A DNA stretch of 11,371 nt. Origin: Hadesarchaea archaeon. Lineage in GTDB: Archaea; Hadarchaeota; Hadarchaeia; Hadarchaeales; Hadarchaeaceae. Each line of letters begins with the position of its first letter. The first letter of the stretch is position 1. The stretch spans positions 1-11,371 of the forward strand of contig JAUXAS010000026.1 of NCBI GenBank assembly GCA_030619825.1, written 5' to 3'. The translations under genes were made by a program, and so were the position numbers. Below, piece by piece: positions 1-7,356 of the stretch. The notes beneath the pieces are model-generated. The model saw only the letters and a list, made by a program, of their open reading frames with translations, made no database searches and was not told where the DNA came from.

Positions 1-591
1 CACCAGACCTTCCGTAGTCCCCTTGAGGGTGACCTCCGGCGTCTCGTCGGTGTCCAAGCCGAGGATGCCCAGATCCACCTCATTGCCCGCCGGGCCCACG
101 GTCTTGATTACGTAGGGCTGGGACCACGCGGGGGTATCCCACTCGGTGCCAGAGAGCACAATGTTGGCGCCGATCCATGGGAAGTTCGACTGTTGGGTGC
201 GGCTGATAAGCACATCCTGCCCCTTGTCGAACTCGTGGTTGCCGTAACAAGCTACGTCGTACCCCAGCATGTTGTAGATGTCAATGGCACTCTCGCCCAA
301 CAGCAACTGCGAGATGGGCGCAGCACCCAAGTAGATGTCGCCAGCATCCAGCAAGAGAACGCTCTCCTCACCAAGTTCGTCCCTGATGCTGTTGATGACG
401 CCAGCCATGTAAGCCGAGCCGCCGCGACCTTTGTAGTCGGTCTCGAGGTAGCCGTGAAAGTCGTTGGTGAACAATATCGAAATAGAATCAGGACTCGCGC
501 TTACGGACGCTGCTTGAAATACCATGACTGAAACTAGCGAAAGAACCATCAGTGCTGAGATGATTAGAGATACACTTTTCACTTTCTTCGT
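1..591 (-). CDS. Secreted 5'-nucleotidase / 2',3'-cyclic-nucleotide phosphodiesterase (UshA/CpdB-like metallophosphoesterase), 5' part; continues past the left edge
   Basis: Manual translation (not in ORF track): (T/M)KKVKSVSLIISALMVLSLVSVMVFQAASVSA-SPDSISILFTNDFHGYLE...LLLDAGDIYLG...YDVACYGNHEFDKG...FPWIGANI...LGILGL. TNDxHG, DAGD, GNHEFD and FPxxxAN are the family signatures, preceded by a Sec-type signal peptide. Start is ACG at 591 (5 nt after GGAGGTG) or GTG at 582. Confidence 0.92.
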
Positions 592-595
592 GTTC

Positions 596-717
596 TCACC
601 TCCTTTTCCCCTTTATCACCTTTACGAGACGGCAGCAGCTTGGACAGTTGCCCCGATGAACTTTCCCCTTAATCCCACTCGTATCCGCAATGCGGGCATT
701 TGTACAACCGCCGCCAT
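596..717 (-). pseudogene. Frameshifted small zinc-ribbon (CPxCG...CPxC) microprotein, about 37-40 aa
   Basis: One frame reads TTG(707)-YKCPHCGYEWD-TAA(671-669). The +1 frame continues KGKVHRGNCPSCCRLVKVIKGKRR-TGA(598-596). ATG at 717 (MAAVV) lies in a third frame, 30 nt below a TATA-like box. Confidence 0.6.
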
Positions 718-739
718 GCAATCGTATTCTTATTTTATT

Positions 740-747
740 CCTATAAA
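740..747 (-). promoter_or_regulatory. Putative archaeal TATA box (TTTATAGG) for the zinc-ribbon/nucleotidase transcript
   Basis: AT-rich intergenic segment. The first T of the box is 30 nt upstream of ATG 717, and the box is flanked by the inverted repeat TTATTTTAT/ATAAAATAA. Confidence 0.45.
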
Positions 748-900
748 TGGATAGATAAAGATAAAATAAAGGTTCCCTGAGGGCTTTTATCGACAATTTG
801 CTCGGGAATTTTGAAAGGGGATATTTCGTCGGGGGTCAGAGATCTTTGTGACCATCTTGGAGTAAGTGTAATCTGTGTCTAGACCTCCTCCTAAACACCC

Positions 901-1914
901 TTATTCCCTTACGTATGGCTTGCCTATGGCCCGGGGGAACATTGCCTTGCCAACAATTATGACGGCCACGAGGGTGACGATGTAGGGGATCATGTATATG
1001 AAATTTTCCGGAAGAATATCTTTATATAAAATCGCTATCTTTATGGCGAGGGCTTCAGCAAAGCCGAACATGAATGCAAAGCCAAGGGCCCTCAAAGGCC
1101 TCAGCCCAGCGCACACTACACAAGCTAGGGCGATGAATCCCCTGCCAGCCGATATCTCCTTCACGATGCCACCGAACCAACCGAGCGCCAGGAAGGCCCC
1201 ACCCAAACCGCATAGAGCCCCCCCAAGAGTGGCGGTAAATAATCTGATTCGATCGACCCTTACGCCTGCAACATCGACAGCCTCGGGCTTCTCCCCTGCT
1301 GCCCTTATCCTAAGTCCGAATAGCGTCTTGTACAGGAGGATGGATGCTAAGATAGCGGCGATTATAGCTAAAACGGTCACCGGCTGCAAGCGGATGGGGT
1401 GATAAAATAGGGCGGAAATCTGGAACTGCGGGATTGTTAGAAGCCAAGAACGCCAGACGGTCAACATGAAAAATGGAACGAACCCTATGGCGATTATGTT
1501 AATACCCATCCCAGCGACGATCTGATTTGCCCTCCCGTAAACACATATTACGGCGAATAGGAGCCCAATGAAGGCGCCCGCTAACGTTCCTATTAGAACT
1601 CCGAGAACACCACTTCCAATTTTCACTGCCGCGTAAACCCCAATAACAGCGGAGATGAGGAAAATCCCCTCTAGCCCTATGTTTATGAGCCCTGCTTTTT
1701 GGTTTATGGACTCACCCACGGCTGCGAGGCCCAATGGTGTCATCACGAGCAAACTCATTTCAATGAGCGAGGGTATCTTCAGACCAGCCTGCTCCAAGCC
1801 GTAAAGGAGAATTACAATAGCGGCCAAGCCAATGAGGGGCACTGAAAATTTTTTCCTTTTGAAATGTGCGAAAATTTTACTTACTTTTTTGAAATCCAAA
1901 CACATCTTCCCCAT
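901..1914 (-). CDS. Nucleoside/sugar ABC transporter permease (NupC/YufQ-like)
   Basis: Multi-pass hydrophobic protein with TPLGLAAVGE..QKAGLINIGLEG, ANQIVAGMGIN, T.FGLRIRAAGEKPEAVDVAGV, AGRGFIALA, IPYIVTL and P.AIGKPY motifs. Start could also be 1905 or 1899. Confidence 0.93.
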   Translation of the reverse strand: MGKMCLDFKKVSKIFAHFKRKKFSVPLIGLAAIVILLYGLEQAGLKIPSLIEMSLLVMTPLGLAAVGESINQKAGLINIGLEGIFLISAVIGVYAAVKIGSGVLGVLIGTLAGAFIGLLFAVICVYGRANQIVAGMGINIIAIGFVPFFMLTVWRSWLLTIPQFQISALFYHPIRLQPVTVLAIIAAILASILLYKTLFGLRIRAAGEKPEAVDVAGVRVDRIRLFTATLGGALCGLGGAFLALGWFGGIVKEISAGRGFIALACVVCAGLRPLRALGFAFMFGFAEALAIKIAILYKDILPENFIYMIPYIVTLVAVIIVGKAMFPRAIGKPYVRE

Positions 1915-1956
1915 AACAGGCTTTCATCGCTTTGGACACTTCGAGAACATCACTCA

Positions 1957-3000
1957 TCACTTAAACCTCTTCTTGACAATGGCCAACAAATCCGGAATGG
2001 CGAGGGATATAATGATTATACCCAGGATGACATACACCAGCTCAGAATAGACCCCAGCCTCTGCCTGCATGGCTATGCGTCCATTTAGCAGCCCCCCGTA
2101 AAATATGGCCGCAAATATCCCGCCTATCGGGTGATTTCTTCCTATCAAAGCGATCCCGATCCCCATGAACCCGTAATTTGCAACGTTGCCCATGCCTTTG
2201 AAAAGGGCCCAACTAGGGTGGCCGCCTAGGACTTGAGCAGCTCCCGCCAGTCCCGCAGCGAGCCCCCCAACGATGAAGCTGATGAGTATTGCTCGCCGGA
2301 CGCTTATTCCAGCATAGCGAGCAGCATCCGGGTTACTCCCCGCCAATCGAAGCTCATAACCCGTTCGCGTGCGCCACAAAAGTATGTAAACCAATACACA
2401 GAGTGCTATCACGACAAATATCACAGAGGTTAGGCTTTCTCCCAAAACGGCATAACGCGCGCTTGCCATAGCTGGTTTAGTTAACTCGGCCCTTTCTCCT
2501 GCCAAATGACCAACGAGGAACATGGCGAAGTAAAAAGCTATCCAGTTGAACATAATGGTAGAGATGACCTCGTGGACCCCTCTCCATATCTTGAGGAGGG
2601 CCGCTGGAAGGGCCCAAAGGACGCCAAATAACATCCCAAAAGCTGTGGCGGCAGCCACGTGAAGACCAGCGGGAAGAGCGATCCAGCCGCCCACCCAAGC
2701 CGCACCCACGGCCCCAACATATACCTGCCCCTCCGCACCTATGTTGAAGATTCCGGCCTTCATACCCACAGCAAAGGTGATTGCCGTCAGCATCAGCGGC
2801 GTCGCAAATGTTAGCGTCTGCAACCATCCGGATAAACTGCCGAACGCCCCCTTGAATAGTGCGTAATATGCTGCTATCGGATTGTTGCCGGATATGATCA
2901 TGATCAAAGCACCAATTGACAACCCAACAAGCACGGCAAAAACCGACTGCCCCACTGGGCGAGCGAGATCTCTTAAACCCTCTACGATTCGGTTTATCAC
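1957..3000 (-). CDS. Nucleoside/sugar ABC transporter permease (NupB/YufP-like)
   Basis: Motifs NPIAAYYALFKGAFGS, ATPLMLT, AGIFNIGAEGQ, GVHEVISTIMFN, GYELRLAGSNPDAARYAGI and GFMGIGIALIGRNHPIG. Start reassigned to GTG at 3000 after GGGGGA, because the ORF-track extension to 3225 overlaps the BMP gene and a T-rich terminator. Confidence 0.93.
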   Translation of the reverse strand: MINRIVEGLRDLARPVGQSVFAVLVGLSIGALIMIISGNNPIAAYYALFKGAFGSLSGWLQTLTFATPLMLTAITFAVGMKAGIFNIGAEGQVYVGAVGAAWVGGWIALPAGLHVAAATAFGMLFGVLWALPAALLKIWRGVHEVISTIMFNWIAFYFAMFLVGHLAGERAELTKPAMASARYAVLGESLTSVIFVVIALCVLVYILLWRTRTGYELRLAGSNPDAARYAGISVRRAILISFIVGGLAAGLAGAAQVLGGHPSWALFKGMGNVANYGFMGIGIALIGRNHPIGGIFAAIFYGGLLNGRIAMQAEAGVYSELVYVILGIIIISLAIPDLLAIVKKRFK

Positions 3001-3053
3001 TGATCCCCCAGCAGCAATTAGCAAACTAACGTAAAAAATGCTGTGCTGAAGAC

Positions 3054-3071
3054 AAAAAAAAATAAAGAAAA
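3054..3071 (-). terminator. Putative oligo-T intrinsic terminator after the BMP gene
   Basis: TTTTCTTTATTTTTTTTT on the coding strand, starting a few nt after the TAG stop at 3078. Confidence 0.6.
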
Positions 3072-3077
3072 GGCGAG

Positions 3078-4448
3078 CTAGCCAAAGATAGCTCGCCAAG
3101 AGTCTACTACTTCCTGCGTTGTTGCCGCTGGAACTGTTTCGAGTTCTCCATCTCCGTCCAGATCTGCAATCGGATCGCCCGCACGTATCTTGTCCGCCAG
3201 CTCTCCCACCGCTGTCCAGATCCAATCCGGCTGAGCTGCTCTCAGTGCTGCAGCTGTCGTGCGAATTTCGTCAGGGGTCATCGGGAGTACTGATTCTCCC
3301 GTCCGCTCCTCTGCTGCCACGCCCATTTCGATAAATTCGTCCAAGTCCGCGAGTGTGCTAACGGATATGCCTTCCATTGGGATTCCTGCTACTTCGGTTC
3401 CTATCCCCAGCAACATCCCGGTAGGAGATTCTTCTATCGCGTCTCTGAACAGGCCCTTTCTTACCAGCTCCGTTGCGCGGGTAACACCGAAGTCGACTCT
3501 CTTCATCATGCTAGATATGACGAAGCCCGGGTTTATCCAATCCTGGTTGGCGTCGACGCCTATCCAGAACGGTGGTCCTTGAGTTAGGCTCTGCGCTGTG
3601 GCGATTTCATCTACAGCTTGGTTTATCCCTAGACCAAGCGGTCCCGCTATGTTGAAAACTGCCACCGCGTCTTCGTCGTACATCACACTGGCGGCCTCGT
3701 ACCCCTTCGTGATATCGCTGAACGTGCCCGTGTAGGTATAGAGAACTCTTTTGTCAGTCGCGGTGTTTACGATGCTCGTGGATGGCTCAGCTGCGTAGTC
3801 GCTTGGATAGTTGCTCTCGTACCACCTGACAGCCCACTCAGCACCCCACTTGTATGCGATCTCGAACTTCCAGAGGACCGGGATCTCGATTCCGAAGACG
3901 CCTCCGATGTGGGGTTTGTCGTAGTGTATTGCCAGGAGGGCGCCGAGCGCCCCGACAAGAGCACTTCCTTTGTGCTCTTCGTACACGATGTCCATCATGT
4001 TGGGCGGCGGCGTTATACCTGCGTCCAGCGCTGCCCAGTATGTGAATGTATCGATGCCTGCGAAGTTTTTATCCGGGTACTCCTGCGCCACCTCTAGGAG
4101 GGCATCGGTTAGGAGATATCCTACTCCAACGACAAGCACCGTATCCGAATCTCTGGCTGCGGTCCTCAGGTTCGGAAGGTAGTCCGCCTCCGTTGTGCTT
4201 ATCAGCTCTACCATTTCGACGCCGTATATCTCCTCAGCTTCTTCGCCGCCCTTGAACGCCATGTCGTTGAATGACAGATCCCCTCTTCCACCGATGTCAG
4301 AGACTACGTAGATTTTACTCACTGCTTTCTCGGGCTTTGCAATCATGTAACCGACGTAGTAGCCGATTCCACCTGCAACAACAGCTATGATTACTACGAG
4401 GATTGCTATGTTCGCTGCTATCCCTTTTACGTCTAGTTTTTTACTTAT
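3078..4448 (-). CDS. BMP/PnrA-family ABC transporter substrate-binding protein (probable nucleoside-binding), N-terminally membrane-anchored
   Basis: DIGGRGDLSFNDMA..G, VGVGYL, YEEHKGSALVG, FNIAGPLGLG, IGVDANQD and SSMMKRVD are BMP-family motifs. The frame stays open 34 codons upstream of ATG 4346, through a hydrophobic anchor, to ATA 4448, which is 5 nt after GGAGGTG and directly preceded by an in-frame TGA. Confidence 0.93.
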   Translation of the reverse strand: MSKKLDVKGIAANIAILVVIIAVVAGGIGYYVGYMIAKPEKAVSKIYVVSDIGGRGDLSFNDMAFKGGEEAEEIYGVEMVELISTTEADYLPNLRTAARDSDTVLVVGVGYLLTDALLEVAQEYPDKNFAGIDTFTYWAALDAGITPPPNMMDIVYEEHKGSALVGALGALLAIHYDKPHIGGVFGIEIPVLWKFEIAYKWGAEWAVRWYESNYPSDYAAEPSTSIVNTATDKRVLYTYTGTFSDITKGYEAASVMYDEDAVAVFNIAGPLGLGINQAVDEIATAQSLTQGPPFWIGVDANQDWINPGFVISSMMKRVDFGVTRATELVRKGLFRDAIEESPTGMLLGIGTEVAGIPMEGISVSTLADLDEFIEMGVAAEERTGESVLPMTPDEIRTTAAALRAAQPDWIWTAVGELADKIRAGDPIADLDGDGELETVPAATTQEVVDSWRAIFG

Positions 4449-4480
4449 TCAAACACCTCCATTTTCCCTATTTATCCCAG

Positions 4481-4494
4481 TCTTAAAGCTTTTT
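4481..4494 (-). promoter_or_regulatory. Putative internal BRE/TATA promoter for the BMP gene
   Basis: AAAAAGCTTTAAGA immediately after the ATPase stop and about 20-30 nt upstream of the SD. Confidence 0.4.
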
Positions 4495-4495
4495 A

Positions 4496-6100
4496 TTACT
4501 TTGCTTTAGAACCCATCATCATCAGCCCAATCTTCACCTTTTTCGCTTTTGCGGCGTCCATCGTGCCCACGATCTTCCCCTCGAAGATGACCCCAACGCG
4601 ATCGCTCAGGGACATTATCTCGTCCAAATCCTCAGAAATCAGGAGAAGCGCTGTTCCCTTCTCTCTTAGCTTCATAAATAGTTCCCACGTGTGTTTGATA
4701 GCCTTGAGGTCAAGTCCGTAGGTAGGGTGAGAGGCCACGATCAAGCGCGGCTCCCTCCAGAGCTCCCTGGCGAGGATGAGCCTCTGAATGTTCCCTCCGG
4801 AGAGGATCCTAGACTCGGTTCGCCATAGATCGGGCACCAATACCTCGAACTCGGAGACCAGCTTCTTCACGTGATTGGTTATGAAGGAAAGATTAAGAAA
4901 TGAGCGTTTGGAAAATGGTGAGGTTCGGTAATCCTTCAGGATGAAGTTTTCTGCCACGGTCATGGGCTCGGAGATTCCAACCCTCCTGCGCTCCTCGGGG
5001 ATGTGGACTAGGCCCGCTTCTAAGATATCCCTGGGTGAGTGATTGGTCATGTCTTTACCGAAAATGTGGACCTTACCTTTCTCGGCCTTTCGCAATCCAG
5101 TGATGACCTCGATGAGTTCCCTCTGACCGTTCCCCGCCACTCCAGCCAGACCAAATATCTCACCTCTCCGCACCCTGAGGGAGACTCCTCTCAAAGCTGA
5201 TACCCCCTTCGGGCCGAGCGCGTAGAGATCCTTGACCTCTAACGTAACCTTCCTGGACTTGACGGGCTTTCTCTTGAGATGGACTGATACCTTACGGCCG
5301 AGCATCATCCTAGCTAATTCCCGCCTGTTTGTTTGGGAAGTCTTTTTCATCCCTATCAACTTACCCAATCTCAGCACAGTCACCCGATCACTCGCCTCAA
5401 ACACCTCCTCGAACTTGTGGGTGATGAAAACAATTCCGTGCCCTTCCTTCGCCATGTTCCGCAAGACGGCGAATAGCTTCTTGGATTCTTGGGGTGTCAA
5501 GACTGAAGTAGGCTCATCCAAGATAATAACTTGGGGTTCGTAAAAAAGGACCTTGAGAATCTCAACTCGCTGCTGCTCTCCGGCCGAGAGGTCCTCTATC
5601 TTGGCCTTCGGGTCGACCTTCAGACCATACCTCTCTGAGAGCTCCTCAAGCTTCTTCTCGACCTTTGAGAGAGGAAAGGAAAGGTTTGATTCGCGAAAGC
5701 CTAAGGCAACGTTTTCCGCGACCGTGAGCGGTCGAGCACAGGTGAACTCCTGATGGACCATCCCCACCCCGCGATCGAGCGCGTCCTTCGGGGATTTTAG
5801 TGAAACAGATTTTCCTCTGATGTATATTTTGCCCTTCGTCGCAGAGTAAAACCCTGACATGAGGAAGGCCAAGACAGTCTTGCCGGCCCCGTTCTCCCCG
5901 AGCAGCGCGTGGACTTCGCCGGCTTTCACGTCGAAGTCTATATTATCTAAAATAAGGTGCTCCCACACGCCGGGGAAACCCTTGCAGACGCTCTTCGTCC
6001 GCAGGAGGATTTCCCCCTTCTTCGGCTTTCGGACGCCAGTAGTCTTTCGTTGCTTGCCGGCTTTTCCTCTAGGTAGGAATTGTTTTAGAGAATCTAACAT
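4496..6100 (-). CDS. ABC transporter ATP-binding protein, CUT2 type with two fused NBDs (NupA/YufO-like)
   Basis: Walker A GENGAGKT, GMVHQEF, LSAGEQQRVEI, ILDEPT and FITHK in the first domain; GVAGNGQREL, LSGGNIQR, PTYGLD and ISEDLDE in the second. ATG 6100 is preferred over 6166 because TATA-like boxes lie at 6115-6130. Confidence 0.95.
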   Translation of the reverse strand: MLDSLKQFLPRGKAGKQRKTTGVRKPKKGEILLRTKSVCKGFPGVWEHLILDNIDFDVKAGEVHALLGENGAGKTVLAFLMSGFYSATKGKIYIRGKSVSLKSPKDALDRGVGMVHQEFTCARPLTVAENVALGFRESNLSFPLSKVEKKLEELSERYGLKVDPKAKIEDLSAGEQQRVEILKVLFYEPQVIILDEPTSVLTPQESKKLFAVLRNMAKEGHGIVFITHKFEEVFEASDRVTVLRLGKLIGMKKTSQTNRRELARMMLGRKVSVHLKRKPVKSRKVTLEVKDLYALGPKGVSALRGVSLRVRRGEIFGLAGVAGNGQRELIEVITGLRKAEKGKVHIFGKDMTNHSPRDILEAGLVHIPEERRRVGISEPMTVAENFILKDYRTSPFSKRSFLNLSFITNHVKKLVSEFEVLVPDLWRTESRILSGGNIQRLILARELWREPRLIVASHPTYGLDLKAIKHTWELFMKLREKGTALLLISEDLDEIMSLSDRVGVIFEGKIVGTMDAAKAKKVKIGLMMMGSKAK

Positions 6101-6114
6101 ACAAGAAAATGTTG

Positions 6115-6130
6115 TATATAAATCCTTAAA
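6115..6130 (-). promoter_or_regulatory. Putative TATA box(es) for the ABC ATPase (leaderless start)
   Basis: TTTAAGGATTTATATA; its first T (6130) is 30 nt upstream of ATG 6100. Confidence 0.4.
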
Positions 6131-6239
6131 TATGGTGGTTTTGGGAACCCTCGGCAAGCTGTACATAAGAGAATAGCAAGAGGGACTGCGTTTAGATTAG
6201 TCAAAACATCACGCTGATACTAGAAAGGCTGATGGAAAA

Positions 6240-7187
6240 TTAAGCGACTTCCGCGTTTCCAAATCTCCTCAAAAATCTCTTGACTTCCCGCCTATTGGGC
6301 AAAGCCGATTGGGCTCCGATCTTCGTCGTCGAAAGGGAACCAAGAGCGTTGGCAAATCGCGCAGTTCTCTTGAGGCTCCATCCCCTGATGACGCCGGTGA
6401 GGAAGCCAGCATCAAAGGCATCCCCAGCCCCAGTCGTGTCCACGACCTTTATCGGGAAAGCTGGGGAGCGAACTCTTTCCCTATCGGTCAGGATAAAACA
6501 ACCCTTCCTCCCTAATTTCAATGCGACGATTTTAGGCCCAAATTTGAGAAGATCCTTCGCCGCCTTTTCGGGCTTCTTGGTCCCCACCAGGGCTGAGGCT
6601 TCTCGTTCACCTAGGAAAAGTATGTCAACAGATCGTAAAATTGAACAAACGCGATTTGTTGCCCTCGTCGCCGGTAGAACTCCAACATCGAGTGAAACAA
6701 GGGCTCCCGCCCCCCTAGCAACTTTGAGAATTTTTATGGTAGTTTTCCTTTGGGGGTCACTGAGGAGCGCGTATCCAGAAATATGAAGGACGCGTGAGCT
6801 TTTGACGCAATCCATGTTTATTTCATCGACGGAGAGGTAAATATTGGCTCCCCGAAAACCGTACATCGTCCTCTCCCCGTCCCTCGTTATCGCAATGAAT
6901 TGGAGGCCCGTCCCAACCTTCTCATCGATTTGTAGTTGGCCGATGTCCACTTTTTCCTTCCTGAAGTTATCGATCAGAAAGTGGCCGAGGGGATCATCGC
7001 CCACCCTTCCGATGAATCGGGAGTCCTGTCCTAGCCTGGCGAGCGCAACGCATAGATTGGCGGCCGAACCTCCGGCACACTTATGGAGCTTGTCGGTTGA
7101 GACCTCCCCACCCTTGCCCGGAAAAGATTCAACGGGGGCTATGAGGTCAACGTTCGCATCCCCAACTGCCACAACGAAAGCTTTCAC
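6240..7187 (-). CDS. PfkB/ribokinase-family carbohydrate or nucleoside kinase
   Basis: GGSAAN...LARLG, IGRVGDDPLG, GERTM, LHISGY and the PfkB signature VVDTTGAGDAFDAGF. GTG start is preceded by SD GAGGAGGA. Confidence 0.94.
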   Translation of the reverse strand: MKAFVVAVGDANVDLIAPVESFPGKGGEVSTDKLHKCAGGSAANLCVALARLGQDSRFIGRVGDDPLGHFLIDNFRKEKVDIGQLQIDEKVGTGLQFIAITRDGERTMYGFRGANIYLSVDEINMDCVKSSRVLHISGYALLSDPQRKTTIKILKVARGAGALVSLDVGVLPATRATNRVCSILRSVDILFLGEREASALVGTKKPEKAAKDLLKFGPKIVALKLGRKGCFILTDRERVRSPAFPIKVVDTTGAGDAFDAGFLTGVIRGWSLKRTARFANALGSLSTTKIGAQSALPNRREVKRFLRRFGNAEVA

Positions 7188-7227
7188 GGAGATCCTCCTC
7201 GAAAAGTGTACCTAGTTTTGTTTGAGG

Positions 7228-7324
7228 CAATTAAACTTTAGCGAAGTCAAGAGATTAGAATCACGATCGAAGCGGTGAATTTTATAGAAATCGTGCGCAA
7301 ATGGGGCGTCAAGGCATTTATATC
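7228..7324. promoter_or_regulatory. Divergent promoter region between pfkB and btpA
   Basis: - strand AAAGTTTAATTG (7239-7228); + strand TTTATAGA (7280-7287) and TTTATATC (7317-7324). Confidence 0.45.
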
Positions 7325-7356
7325 GCGGCGCTTAATTGTCCCAAGGAGGTGTTTCG

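Noticed and set aside
193..754. + strand ORFs 193..531 and 524..754
   Set aside because: They are antisense shadows of the nucleotidase and its upstream region and carry no family motifs.
596..796. 66-aa - strand ORF as a complete gene
   Set aside because: Its 5' part runs through the AT-rich promoter. Only the last ~24 codons look coding, as the second half of the zinc ribbon.
3001..3225. N-terminal extension of the first permease in the ORF track
   Set aside because: It overlaps the BMP 3' end in another frame and crosses the T-tract. GTG 3000 has an SD-like sequence.
5115..5150. Degenerate Walker A (GVAGNGQ) in the second ATPase domain
   Set aside because: This is normal for CUT2-family fused ATPases.
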